Source: Octopus bimaculoides
Taxonomy: Eukaryota
Reading direction: 5' to 3'
Length of the DNA stretch: 41,651 bases
Assembly: GCF_001194135.2 (NCBI RefSeq)
Contig: NC_068984.1
Coordinates: 47,330,219 to 47,371,869 of the forward strand
Shown: one piece after another, positions 12,273 through 25,233 of the stretch
How the letters are laid out: each line of letters begins with the position of its first letter
Numbering within the stretch: position 1 is the first letter of the stretch
The notes under the pieces: model-generated
Told to the model about the DNA's origin: nothing
The model's database searches: none
What the model saw: only the letters and a program-made list of their open reading frames with translations
Position numbers and translations under genes: made by a program

Positions 12273-13837
12273 ACTAACAATCAAATACATCAAGAAACCT
12301 ATCCCAATGAATCCATTCTCCTAAACACACATTCAAATCTCCACACAACGCAAATTCCTGCTATCTTTTTTATCATGTTCCGTATCTCTCCTATTTCCTT
12401 TTCCATCCACTATATATTACCCCAACACTGAAATATGAACTGCTCTTTTTGATGCTACATAATTTAGTTTCAGTTATCTCCTAAACTGTTATTTCAGAAT
12501 AACCAACCATAACATCTATGAACTGCATGCATGTGCACGCACATACAAATGCACATGCACACACATTCCCTCCATTAGCTTTTGTAAATTGTTAATTTAC
12601 CTACACTAAATATAATAAATTTAGATAACTAGATTCAACAAGGCTTTCAACACAAACCACTAATGCAACCAATTTTATGACATGTATCACATGTGTTCCT
12701 ATATAAATCTAACAGTACCTGAACACTGAATGCCCCCTAACAATAACATTTAAATAATCAATAATCTTTTTACACTAAATATAACCAACATAAGAGAAGC
12801 AACCTAACTAGATTCAACAAATCATCAACTGTCAAAACCAGGAAATGGCTTTACTTTTCATTACATGTTTATTTTCTCTATCCCTTCATTATCACCTCAT
12901 CCCCCAGTTTATTTTACTTACATATTCTTCCTCTTACTTAAATTCTTTATTTTTTTTCCAGTTAAACTCTCCATAAAGATATTTCTATATATACAATAAA
13001 AATTAACATCAAAATACATATATAAACATTAGGCCTGACAAACCAATGTACGTTACAGTCTCATTAAGCTGAAACATTGAAGTTAACTGACAAACTTTTC
13101 TTGTAAAATGTATACACACATACACACACACACACACACAAAACACATTTAAATTCTAGTGAATTATAATTAAATGCCAATTTATCTTTTGTTTTTACTT
13201 TCTATATAAAGATACAGTTACTATTGCAGCATCAACAATTATATAAAAATTCCTTAACACAAAAACTTTCACATAAAAATGTAATATGCTTTTTATCATC
13301 AAGAATAACTGAAGCAAAAAGAAACAATATGAAAATAGAAAACTGAAAATGAAACCAAATTCTTTGCAGTTAATTGAAGTGGCATTAAATTTAGTTAATT
13401 TTCCAGTTGTAGAATTAAGTAGAACAAGCAAGATATCTATCTATCTATCTATCTAAATAAATAAATAAATACACACACACATACATATACATACACTATG
13501 TACATATTGTATATATACACGTATACATCTGCATCCATGATAAATATATGTGTGTATGTATGTATGTATACAACTGAATATATAAAAAAAAGAAATCAAG
13601 AAAAGAATATAACATACAAAGAACAGGAATAAATAGTTTAAGAAAGGATTAGAATTGTTAAAGACAATTAAATATAAAAATAACAGAAAACAATGGAAAT
13701 ATGACAGAAACTAAATAATAAGATAATGCAAAGAGAATTTTCCAAAAGAAAAAGAAAATAAAAATAAGAAAAGAAGAAGGAAAAATAAATAAAAGGAGAA
13801 TGAGAACAAAGTGAGTTAGAAAACAGAAATTGGAAAA

Positions 13838-13842
<5 letters not shown>

Positions 13843-13880
<38 letters not shown>
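13843..13880. repeat. (TA)n microsatellite, one of many (others ~14583-14607, 15171-15204, 21827-21884, 40856-40892, 41611-41651)
   Basis: Directly visible. Confidence 0.98.
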
Positions 13881-13888
<8 letters not shown>

Positions 13889-14165
13889 ATTTTGGAGAAG
13901 GTAACAAGAGAGAAAATAGAAAGCTTCTGACAATGTGATGAGTTTAATAAAACCTTTATATTTCAGGCACAAAGGCCCATCTTCAGAAGAAAAGAACAGT
14001 CTGAGAAAAGTCCAGTTATGGAGGTTCTGTTAGCTAATTAAAATTTGAATATAAAAGTTTTATTAAATTTTCTTCATTGTCAGAAGTTTTCTATTTTCCC
14101 CTTTTTTATCTTCTTCAATATTATAATGCTTTAAGCAAACTACAATACTCTTGTATACATTTATA

Positions 14166-14579
14166 CAGGTCATTATCGACTTATGACTGATCAACTTTAC
14201 AATGATTGGTGTGCCAGCTCCCGGCAGCAATAATAAATAGTCCAGTTGAAATTTAATGGGTTTACGGAGGATGTCAGCAAACAAACGCTTCCCCTAGACT
14301 TGGTTATTGATCACCGCTGTGTTGGATGACTATCCTGTCACAGAAACATTGAGGCAACTTCAAAGTTGTTTATAAGATGACTGCTTGAGACTCCGAAATT
14401 TTTTACTAACACCAGTATAATAGTATAATACAGAATGCTGTGTGTTACTTTTACCTGAGAATGTACCTTAAGAATGTAAAAATATAAAACAAAACTATAT
14501 AGGCCTATAGGCTGACTTATGACCAAATCGACTTACGACCAGTCAGAACCAACTGTGGTCATAAGCCAATGACGACCTG
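14166..14579. mobile_element. Non-autonomous Tc1/mariner (pogo/Tigger-like) MITE
   Basis: ta|caggtcattatcgacttatgac at left, gtcataagccaatgacgacctg at right (imperfect 22-bp TIR); internal gacttatgac/gacttacgac repeats; no ORF. Confidence 0.8.
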
Positions 14580-14581
14580 AG

Positions 14582-14612
<31 letters not shown>

Positions 14613-15165
14613 AAAGGATTACAATTCAAGTTGTGTCCTCATGAAACACTTCTGCAAATTCTAGCTATCTGCTGTATGGATGCAGATGTTTTATCTTTAA
14701 GGGGACAATTAAACATACCAACTGAAATTTATGGTCAAGTGTATGAGTTGCAGAGTGTGTCTATATCAAAACAAAGACTGGAATTTATAATAATAATTTA
14801 TAATATTTTCCATGCTGGCATGGGTAGGAAGGCTTGACAGAAGCTGGCAAGCCAGAGGACTGTACCAAGCTTAAATGTCAGCTTTGGTATGGTTTCTATG
14901 GTTAGATGCCCTCCCTGATAATATACATATATATATGAATACATACATTATCATTTAATACCAATGTGCAATTCCTTTAACACCTATGTGCAACGAATTG
15001 TACAAGGGTATAAAATGAATGTAAATATATTATTATATCATAAATTCATTATACTCATATTATTGTTGTTACTATTAATATCTATGCTCATAAAATGTAT
15101 TTCACACATTGTAATGAAACAAATGTAAGTACAGAATTAGAAATAATATCATATATTTCAGTCTT

Positions 15166-15210
<45 letters not shown>

Positions 15211-15647
15211 GAACATGCACAGACATAAGATAAAAGATTCAAAAAGATATTGGCAATTAAAAAGATATGAAAACATTACTGAAACAATGGTGAGAAATAA
15301 TATCAGATATATAATCTAGTGTGATCCAGAAAAAAGAAGCAATGACCTTTGTTTCTGTCTTCTTTCACACATTAGTGCTTATGACTAAATATGAAAGCAG
15401 GAATATGAGGTGCAAAGCGGAGAAGCCAACAAGAGAAACAAAAAAATATTAAACAAAAGCAGTGAGAGTGAGTGATAAAGAAATACTGACAGAGTTGGAT
15501 AATAGATGAGTGAGTATGTTGTGGTAAAGTGGATGACCAGTACAGAAAATAGAGATGCAACATAAAGATAAGACACAAAGGCAGCAATAGATTTAAAGAA
15601 GAATTATTCTCAGAAAATGTAGAGACCTGTGAACGAACTCAGAAAAA

Positions 15648-15747
15648 TCATTCCTTCTTTTGTCCCAGTTTACCCTTGAATTTTTCCATGTCTGTAGATA
15701 CTCCAAAGAAACGAGCAAGCAGAGATATGCATTTGTGTGGCAATAAT
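15648..15747 (-). CDS. SDR16C5: SDR16C5-like terminal coding exon (100 nt incl. TGA; not in ORF track)
   Basis: ttcttcttcag|A TTA TTG CCA; phase-2 acceptor continues the frame. (G)LLPHKCISLLARFFGVSTDMEKFKGKLGQKKE* resembles the SDR16C C-terminal 'LP....L..F.G....M..F.G' pattern. Confidence 0.9.
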
Positions 15748-16932
15748 CTGAAGAAGAAGAACATGTTTAGCTATAACATGCAAATAAAATGGGTAGGTTT
15801 GCAAGCATCACCAGCAATGTTTTGTTGATGTTTTAAAAGGTGTCTTTCAGCATGTATATGTGAGTGCAGGCACCGATTTCAGGCAAATATTCTTAAAAAT
15901 ATGAAGACATGTTTATAACACAATATTGACCAAACTAATTATTTAATTATATATTAATACACACACACACACACACACAGAGTCTTGTATCATAATACAA
16001 GGTTTATAACTAACAAAAAATATGTGGAGCTGACAATTAAAGGAGCAGATCTCATCCTATTTGTTATTTAGCACCAAGTTAACATTAATTGAGCAGGTCT
16101 GGAATTAAAAGCATCACAACTGTCACCACCTTGTCTTCCCTTCAAACTTATCTTCTTATGACAACAGCATACATTTTGAGGAAAATTTGGTTACTATTTC
16201 TAACATATCAGCTGATTCATCTTCAGTACAGTGTGAGTAAGATTGAACATATATTTCTATAGACATTTTAAAAATTCTGAAACCAAAAATGGTAAGATGT
16301 TTCTTTATAGTTTAGCCCAATAATTTATGAATGAAAAAGTATGCATTGAATTTTGGCATGACTGTGAAGTAGAGACTGTTAAGATAGTTTGTATGTAATA
16401 CATTAATGATTATGTGAATTAATTATAGGTAAGAACATTGAAGTATTTGATAAGTTCAGTTATTGAAGTGTGCATAATCTAAAGTTATGAGTTTTACTCT
16501 TTATTTGAGAGTAAGGGAAAAAGAAAATGTGGTGACTTCATTTGACCAGAGGCAATACTTTTGCACCAAAGTAACAACAATAAATTCTATGCTTTCCTCA
16601 CCCTCAGAGCTTAAGATTAGATTCTACACTCTTTAACAACTGAACTTACCAATTCCCTTATTAACCATCTTAAGGACGAACTGTTGTTAACACAGTTTTC
16701 TTAGATTCCTTATTTATCGAGAGAACCAAAATGTATTATAAATATACATTTAATTGTTCACAACATAATTGTAGGTTGAATTCCAGTGCAGGACACCTTG
16801 GACAAGTGTATTCTCTTGTCACTTTGGATCAAGCAAAACTTTGTGAGCTAAATTTCATAAACTGAAACTGCTTGAAAATGCATCAGAGAGACTTCTTCTC
16901 TTCTTGAGTAGAGACTTCATCCTTTGCCTATT

Positions 16933-17150
16933 TTAACCTTTTCATTGCCATATTTCTGTTGAAATAAACTATCTTCGTTTTAATTAATTTTGAAAGTTAA
17001 TGATAAATAAAGGAAAATAACCCAGTCAGTATCAAGCTAGTGAGAAGAACAAATAAATAGAAAAGTTTGATGGAAGATTTAAATTTAGATCACTGAAAAG
17101 CAGGAAGCTTGTATCATAGGACCAGGGATGGACTCAGGCGGGAGCAAAGT
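16933..17150. mobile_element. Decayed TTAA-flanked (piggyBac-like) MITE
   Basis: Starts ttaa-ccttttcattgccatatttctg, resembling a TTAA|CCCTTTCGTTACC-type terminus recalled from octopus repeats; right end not resolved. Confidence 0.4.
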
Positions 17151-17470
17151 CCAATCTGTTACAAGCTTTTGAACTAAATCTCTGGTCTGAGAATAACTTC
17201 CTTCAATTCTTCCCCACCAATTTCCAAGGCCCTAAAAGATTGTGGGTACTACTTTCCTCCTCAAGTGATTAACTCATAAAAAAAATTCTACAGTATTATG
17301 TGATTTTCTTTTCATGCAACACACTTGTTCTACATCTTATCTGAGATTTTTAATGTTCTTACATTTTGAACTTTGGGTGTTGTCTTGTATTTTCCTCTTT
17401 GTTAAACCCTCTACAAATGTATGGAATGCTATACATGCCAACTTACACGGCATAAACATACATGTACGTG

Positions 17471-17509
<39 letters not shown>

Positions 17510-18031
17510 TATATATATAACTCTGGTGAAATATCTGAAAACTATTCTGATGTCATGTTGTCTGAAGGTTTTTTGTATCCACTCAACCAGAAGTTAAAGT
17601 TTTGCAGTAAGAGATGTAGAGAGGAATCTGTGAAAGACTTTATACTGATGCTAACATGGAAAAGTATATGTGAAATAGGAAATGCAAATACTTGATCACT
17701 GGATTGGAATAAAACAGAACAAGGAAGCCCACAAGGAGCACCATTCAACTGTGATGGTTTAAAATATATATAGCTTCAACTTAAAGGCGCATGGCAAACA
17801 TGTTGAAACAAAACCACAACAAAATATCATGTTGTCCTCTGATTTTCTTAGTTAGATTTTTCTGTTGATATAACACTTGATCATCAAAAGATTTGAAATC
17901 TTTGTGTGTTGCTATGTGTGAACAAATATATCTGCAACAGGCTTGTATAAATATGCACGCACACATACATACATACACATCTATGTCTTTGCAGATGTAT
18001 GTATGTGCACACACAGATATATGTATGTCTT

Positions 18032-18072
<41 letters not shown>

Positions 18073-18443
18073 GCATATACACATGCACACACATATGCAT
18101 ATATATATAGTATATACATGTGTGTATGTATGTATGTATTTATGCATACCCATATAAGAGAAACAAATAAACAATTAGTCAGGAGGTTGTGTAATCTAGG
18201 ATAGTTAACATGAAGCTGAAACAAAATATTTTTCATTAATAATTATTAATTAACCACATCAGCAAGAAAATCAACATCATTATCATAATCAACAGCAGCA
18301 GCATCAACAACAAAGAAACTTTTAAAGAATTATGCAAAAGGAACATTATCCTCATCATTATCATCATCATCATAAATGCACGTTAGAATTGACTGCCAAT
18401 GTTAAGGCACATTCTTATCATTAACATTATTATCATTCTTAAT

Positions 18444-18652
18444 CAGGCAATGAGCTGACAGAATTGCTAGTATGTCAGACAAAATGCTTAGTGGCATTTT
18501 GTCTGTCTTTATATTCTGAATTCAAATTTTGCTGAGGTTGACTTTAGCTTTCATCGTCTCAGGGTTAATAAAGCGCCAGTTGAGCAGTGGGGTCAATGAT
18601 ATTGACTCACCCTTACCTGTAAATTTACTGACCTTGTGCCAAAATTTGAAAT
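18444..18652 (+). mobile_element. SINE, same family as the 4.1-6.1 kb cluster
   Basis: aggcaatgagctgacagaattgctag...gaattcaaattttgctgaggttgactttagctttcatc...ccttgtgccaaaatttgaaatc, embedded in (ATC/ATT)n. Confidence 0.85.
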
Positions 18653-18852
18653 CTTTATAATTATTCTTAGTCTTCAAATTATTATTATCATATTTTACTT
18701 CTCAGAGTTCTAGATCTAACTCGCTCCAGTCATTTCTGTGAGAGCAGACAGCAACCTGTTGTCAAAAGTTTCAAAGGGTCTCTCAGGGTCTCTTTTCACG
18801 AATCATAAGAGTTGGTACCTAGATGTTAAATATCATGGAAGATTATCATTAC

Positions 18853-18886
<34 letters not shown>

Positions 18887-19512
18887 CACTAATTAGTTAC
18901 TTTATTTTCTTCTAGTTCAAATCTCACCATGGTCAATTTCAAATTTCATCCTTTTTAGATTGAGAAAATAATTCAGCAGTTATTATTGGAATAGATTCCC
19001 TCAAAATATGTAGCCTTGTACTTTTACAGAAATAATCTGTACAAAATAATTTTTACTGAAATAATCTGTACAAAAAGCTGAATCACCCTGTTGACAGTGG
19101 TGGTCTCTTAAGAGAACAATCAGAATAGAATTGATACTTTGAGGGAAGTCCACTTTACTGCAATTATTTAAGCTAAATATTTGATTTGAGAAATTTGAGA
19201 ATAATTCACTCCCAACCAGTTTTCGGATTCCTAAAGAAGGTCATACAAACTACTCTTCTTCCTGTTATATATATCTATATAAAATGGAGTAAAATAATGA
19301 AAGCAGTTCATGCAATGCATAGTAGAACAATTCGTTTGAAGAATTCATGCAATTATTTAATTCAGTCCATGCCATTTAGTTTAACATTTACCATGCTGCA
19401 ACAGCCATTACTTGAGATATTCAGTATTATTTAATGCTATTTGTATTGTTGTTGAAATGTAAGTTGCCTCTGATTGAGCAGAACATTGATCAAAAGCATT
19501 TAAGCCTTTATA

Positions 19513-19884
19513 TTTACATCCACCTTAGCAAAAGTGGAGGTATTGTTTTCAATCGTGTTTGTTTGTTTGTTTGTTTGTCCATGGACAAGATATCTCAAGA
19601 ACCGCTGGATGGATTCGGATGAAACTTTCAGGGATGTTTGGCCTTATGACTGGCACTGATTAGATTTTGGGATCGATCCAGTACTGGACAGGGATTCTGG
19701 ATTATTTTTCCTGTTTTTTTTACTTAATTTTTGAGAGCAGCCGGGTTCATTTTTAGTATTATCATTTGTGAGAGAAGTTGAGTTCATTTCAGGTATTCTC
19801 ATTTTAAAAATCAACTCTGGCTAATCGTTGAGAATACTTTGATGTTGCCTTGGTGGAGGTTTGCACTCTCTGAGTGCCCTTGAT
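19513..19884 (+). mobile_element. Non-autonomous Helentron/DINE-like element
   Basis: 5' tccacc...gtggagg hairpin, (GTTT)n tract, ctggatggattcggatgaaact core, subterminal ccttggtggagg, 3' hairpin gcactc-tct-gagtgc, T-rich flanks. Confidence 0.65.
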
Positions 19885-20500
19885 TTTATTGTTATCCATT
19901 TATTTTTACTCACAGTGTACCCTGAAGTAGATCATTATATTGTGTTCTTTTGCAAGATGGTAAGGTGTGATATTAAGGAAATTAAGAGTATATTCTTTGC
20001 AGGGTGAACAACCATGGAGCGAGGTCTCCATAGTTCTTGTAATCCTCCAGCTGGTAACCCAAGATGCAGACAGAATCTAAGTCTTCAGTTTCAGATGTAG
20101 TTTGCATTGTGAAACAACCCAAATGAAGAATATGCAAATTACAGATTGCTGGCAATCTTGTTTAGCCCCAGGTTATCTTCATTTGAAAAGATCTGCCATG
20201 TTTCCTTTTGTATATCAGAGAACTGATCAGGGTATCATTTATTATTAAAGTTGCAGCATGATTTAAAGGATGTTTGGATGCTAAGCAGGCTGTATCTAGA
20301 GTAATGCAAAAGTGAGCATAGCATTTTAATTAACTGACACAAGTCATTGAAATTACACATGTCGGTAGTGTAAATCATCTAATTTACAAAGGTAATATTC
20401 AATATAGTCTCTAACACAATACATTTGTGCCATTGTTGAATCCAACTCACAACTCCTTTTCAAAAGAAATAAGTGCACACATACACATGTACACAATTTA

Positions 20501-21482
20501 CATGGGGTACAAGCGGTATTTGAGGACACATAATTAACAGTATATTGCTATCTTCAAATCAATTAAAGGTTTTTATTTCTTTTTGATCCTCCCACCATGT
20601 CCGGTAAAAATGAAAAGATGTGCAGTCATTGTTGCCATACAAGTGGCAGAAAATTATTTAGAAATTGCCAACTTTTTAAAAGTTGAAAAATTTTTTGTAT
20701 ATAAACTTCAGATCAAATTGGAAGCCTCTGATCGGAATGTTACAGTTACATCAAATGTTAAAGTTATATATATATATATATGAACTTTCTAAATATTTGG
20801 ACCTTGTAAGGACACCACAATTCATCTAACAGGTTCAAAATGTTATTGGTAATGAACCCATAAAAGCACTGTGAAACATTGCCAAATGACTTTGGGTGTC
20901 AGAGTGGACTATAAGAACTTTGGTGTATTTAATAGAAATCGTATGCTCTGAGGAAAGGTCAATTCATGTCTGCAAAGGTATTAAGATCCATTTGATTCAT
21001 GCCAAGTGGTTATTTAACAAGATTAAGCACTTCATGAACATGGCAAGCTTTGATTTTTCTCAGATGAGTAAAGTTTCAACCAAAAGTCTTACTAGAGAAA
21101 TAACAGATGATTATGTGCAGATCCTTCTGATGTCCACAGGATGATGCACACCAATTTCAAGTAACTGTGATGGTTGTAGGAATGGTTAACAATGGAGGTC
21201 ATGTCAAGCTACTTCATATGTTTCCCCAGGGCCTTAATGTTAGAGACAGTCGTTAAGCTCTGGATGGAAGAATTAAACTATGAGAGGTCATTTGTATTCC
21301 AATAAGATTCAGCACCATTTAACAAAGCTCAAACAACCCCTAAAATAACTGTCAGTTGATCTTTGAAGGCCACCATAATCCAGATGACATCCAAAATGAA
21401 TAAGAAATATTTGGTGCAGGCATGTCAACAATTCCAATCCTGCATTCAAGCAGTCATTGAAGCTGAAGGTGGTTTCATAGAA
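20501..21482 (+). mobile_element. Decayed maT/DD37D-like transposon
   Basis: Disrupted translation from 20610: MKRCAVIVAIQ...LEIANFLKV...LEASDRNV; TVMVVGMVNNGGHV..HMFPQGL; ETVVKLWM...FVFQ*DSAP; QACQQFQSCIQAVIEAEGGFIE. Interrupted by (TA)n near 20766-20782. Confidence 0.8.
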
Positions 21483-21825
21483 TATTTCACTCATGAGTTT
21501 GTTTCCAAAAACATGGTATTGCTTCTGAAGCTATCCTCTTCACCAGATTTAGCACCTTTAGACTTCCATTTCTTCCCCAAGATGAAATTGCCACTAAAAG
21601 GGCACCATTTTAACATCATTGTCAAGATCCAGAGTGAATCACAGAAGGTCCTTGACTCATATATGGAAAACGACCTTCAGGCTGGATTCCAAAAATGGCA
21701 GGAATGCTGGGACCATTGTATTTCTGCATAAGGTGACTATTTTGAAGTTGATGATAATAAAACTTAAGGAAATAAATTATTTTTTATTAAACATAACTAG
21801 TCCAGGAACTTTTTGATACCACCTC

Positions 21826-21826
<1 letters not shown>
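21483..21826 (+). mobile_element. 3' fragment of a mariner (DD34D) element with right TIR
   Basis: SSPDLAPLDFHFFPKMKLPLKGHHF...FQKWQECWDHCISA*GDYFE, then ggaactttttgataccacctca|ta. Confidence 0.85.
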
Positions 21827-21890
<64 letters not shown>

Positions 21891-22273
21891 TACAAACGCA
21901 CACACACAAACACTCACACATATATGCGCACGCATATATATATATATATATTTAATTAAAAATATATAAGTATTTATGCATGTATCTTGAACCATTTACA
22001 TATGATCTAGACTTTTAAGAATTTTAAGTAGTCTCTAAGTAAAGAATATGAATAAAAAAGTGCTATATATGTAAAACATTCTAGCTTCCATGTCATCCAA
22101 TATCAGTAACTATGTCATCAAATTTGTACCGCATGTGATGGAATTATTATAGATTTCCTGAAGATAGAAAAGGCTTGTAAATGGCACTAAATTGAAAATA
22201 GAGAAACTTAACGCTGAAACCAAAAATATAAAATAGATATTTGTAAAAGAGATTGTTACTCTCTTATACTCAC

Positions 22274-22399
22274 CCTTTTAGTCCAAGTGTGTAATAGAGC
22301 AACCGTGGGATGTATAAAATATGAGTGTTACAACGTACAGCCTCCACAATTTTATCTGATACATATCCTGGTTCCAATATAGGCATCAGGTAAGGAAAT
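22274..22399 (-). CDS. SDR16C5: SDR16C5-like penultimate exon (126 nt; not in ORF track)
   Basis: attttctttag|A ... GG|gtgag; phase 2-2. (R)FPYLMPILEPGYVSDKIVEAVRCNTHILYIPRLLYYTLGLK(G) matches the SDR16C 'FPxLxPILEPxYV..I..A' segment. Confidence 0.93.
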
Positions 22400-23591
22400 C
22401 TAAAGAAAATGAAATTAACAGAAAATTGAAATATGCATATTTAGATGTGTACACACAGATGCCAATATACACACATACAGCTACACATCTTTATATAACA
22501 CACACACACACAAATACACATACTCCTACACACCATATTTATACGACAGTGTGAGAGTGAGAGAGGGAGGGAAATAGACAATATGCTGGTATCTGTGTGT
22601 GTTTGTCCAGACAAAATTAGCTGGAATATTGCTTTTGTGTAACCTAATCCATTATTACACCACTCTATTGAAAGATAAAGAATGCCCATTTGTAAACGCC
22701 TCTTTCCTTGACCATGAGATATATATCTACTTCTGTCATATTTTAGTTCTTAATGCAGCCAAATTGCTTTATGCTAGTAAGGATCTTTTACAAACTGCAC
22801 ATGCTGAACACACCTGTAATTGAAGTTGTTCAGGTAACCATAGGTGATAATTACTAGTTTTAGTTAGGCTGAGTAATAGATTTAATGTGACCTAGTTTAA
22901 CACCACTACCTGCATTTTGACTGTATTTAGCAGAGTGCACTCTGTTGAAAGCCTTCGCAGCAGATTTTTCCCTCCCTAACATTACGGTCTTGCGAAGCTT
23001 ATGGGTGCAACCTTCCCTCCTTTATTTAAGCCATACAAAAATGCTTCTTTTGTTTTTTTGTTTTTTTTTATCAGTAAAAAACTCTGTAGCAGAGCTGTGA
23101 CTAGCTGGAAACTAACACTGCCAGTTAGAGGTAGCAAAGTCATTCTTACCCATTGAAGGTAAATAATGCAGCATGTCTCAATGAGTTCATGTTTTCCTTT
23201 CTCTCACTCCCAAACATCAAACAATTCACAGTCAAACACTGACAGGGACATAAGGCGTTAGACAACTCTTTTATCTGACATATCCTGCAAAGTTATTTTT
23301 CATGAATTTTCATATGCAAATGTGACACAATTAAAAAAATAGAGAGGAAACATGATCACAGCATTGTATTAAGACAAGGATAGCATTGTGATAGATAGCA
23401 CAGTAATATTTGGGATGAACAATGCATTTAATTTGTAATGTGTTGCTCAATTTCCTTTAAGTGATGTTTGTGTCTTGTTTGTATGTGGAGGGAACATTAG
23501 CTATGATTGGGTTATTCAAAAAAGCTGTTGGTGTATCACTACAATGTTACCTTTGTATTACTACACAATCATTACTTCATTTTTATTGAAG

Positions 23592-23598
<7 letters not shown>

Positions 23599-23634
<36 letters not shown>
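23599..23634. repeat. (GT)n/(CA)n microsatellite, one of many (others ~17475-17506, 29435-29470, 36525-36566)
   Basis: Directly visible. Confidence 0.98.
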
Positions 23635-23638
<4 letters not shown>

Positions 23639-25079
23639 CAAGCCTGCGTGCATGTGTGTGTGTTTCCTAGACGTCAGTATTCTATACAGAGGAGTTACTT
23701 AGTGAAGTGTTATTGATTATGTGAAGTGGATGTAAAATAAACAAGGAAATAAATAGGTGTCATGAGAAATAAGTATTTTCTTAGAGTTGGAGGCATCACT
23801 GTCTGGTTAAGTAGTTCTACTGTAGCCCAGGTTGACCAAAGCACTGTAAGTGGATTTGCTAAACAGAAATTGAAAGAAGCCTGTCATATATACATATGTG
23901 TGTGTGTGTGTATCTTCTTGTCTGGACATTACTCCATATTAGGGTGTCGTTACCATGCAAGTGGGGTTCACACATTTTCAGTCTCTTGTGAAAACATGTC
24001 AGGCCGTAAGGAAATATTAAATTGCTTTTGAAACAGGTTAGGGTTGGCAACAGAAAGGGCATCTGGCTGTAAAAAAATCTGCCACAGTGAATACTGTCAT
24101 ACTCATAAAACAATGATGAAGGAATGCTAGTTTACTGGGAGTGAATAAACTGGAAGGTCTAGCATTTATTTCCTTCAGCTAATTGAGGTAAACTAAGTTA
24201 ATGGGGAATAATATATGCTGCCCCCAAAGAACCACCTGACCAGCTTTACAATGTTATTAGGCAAAAATGCTGTACAACTGATCTCTTGAATGAATGCCAG
24301 CAACAATACAGATAAACGTGGCTTTTGAAATTCTGATGATGGTGATGATGTTTGTTTGGCATTAGTAGTACTAATAGTAGCAGCAGCAGTCATAGTGATA
24401 ATAGTGATGATAATTTTATTGGTGGTTGTAGTACTGATGATTGTAATGATGATAACAATTACCCAAACGATGATTATCAAAATGAAAGTGATAATAGTAG
24501 TAGTGCTGGTGTTTTGTGGCGATGATGGAGTCAATAAAAAATATGTTAATTATAAAATTTCCCACATATAATATTTGAATTTCATATGACCTCTGACCTG
24601 CCACACACAAACATCTGGCACAATGCATACACTAATGATGCACAAGTTAAATGTCAAATACCTGACACCAAGAAGAAAAACAATTATTAAATGTAACTTG
24701 GGAACTGAATAAGAATTAAAACAAAGTAAAGAAAAATACAAACAGAAAAATATAATTATCCAAAGAGCACTGTGACAGAATCAATTGTTAAATTGAATTA
24801 TCCATCAGTAGGTGACTGGAATGATTGTCTTCCAGAAAAAAAATGTAAGTTGGTTGTAGCTTTTGTTTCCATGGAACATTGAAGGTATAAGTAAATTGAG
24901 ATAGCTATTAGTAAAGGGTATGATCCAGGATTATAAGCAACTAAGATGTTACTTATTACCAGTATCATCACAGTACTACATTAAAATCACTCAATCTATT
25001 CCCTTGGCTTAGTTGAGCTACTTCCGTTAACTTAATTTTATTTAGTATTGAACAGTATGCAATATATATAAGTTGATGA

Positions 25080-25233
25080 ACTGGCAGAATTGTTACTGCA
25101 CCAGACAAAATGTTTATCAATATTTCTTCTTCTTTTGCATTCTTAGTCGAAATGTTGTTGGAGTTGACTTAACCTTTCATCCTTTTGGAGTTGATAAAAT
25201 AAGTACCAGTTGTGCACTGAGGTTAATGTAATT
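25080..25233 (+). mobile_element. SINE fragment (same family as 39594-39828)
   Basis: ctggcagaattgtta...gttgacttaacctttcatccttttggagttgataaaataagtaccagttgtgcactg. Confidence 0.8.

Noticed and set aside
14900-15647. Poly(A) site / 3' UTR end of the SDR gene
   Set aside because: AT-rich sequence offers several weak hexamers; cannot be placed without transcripts.
17781-18236. 151-aa ORF and similar ORFs at 37686-38198, 13668-13907, 23475-23716 and 36495-36749
   Set aside because: Translations of (CA)n/(TA)n microsatellites or low-complexity DNA; no domain motifs.
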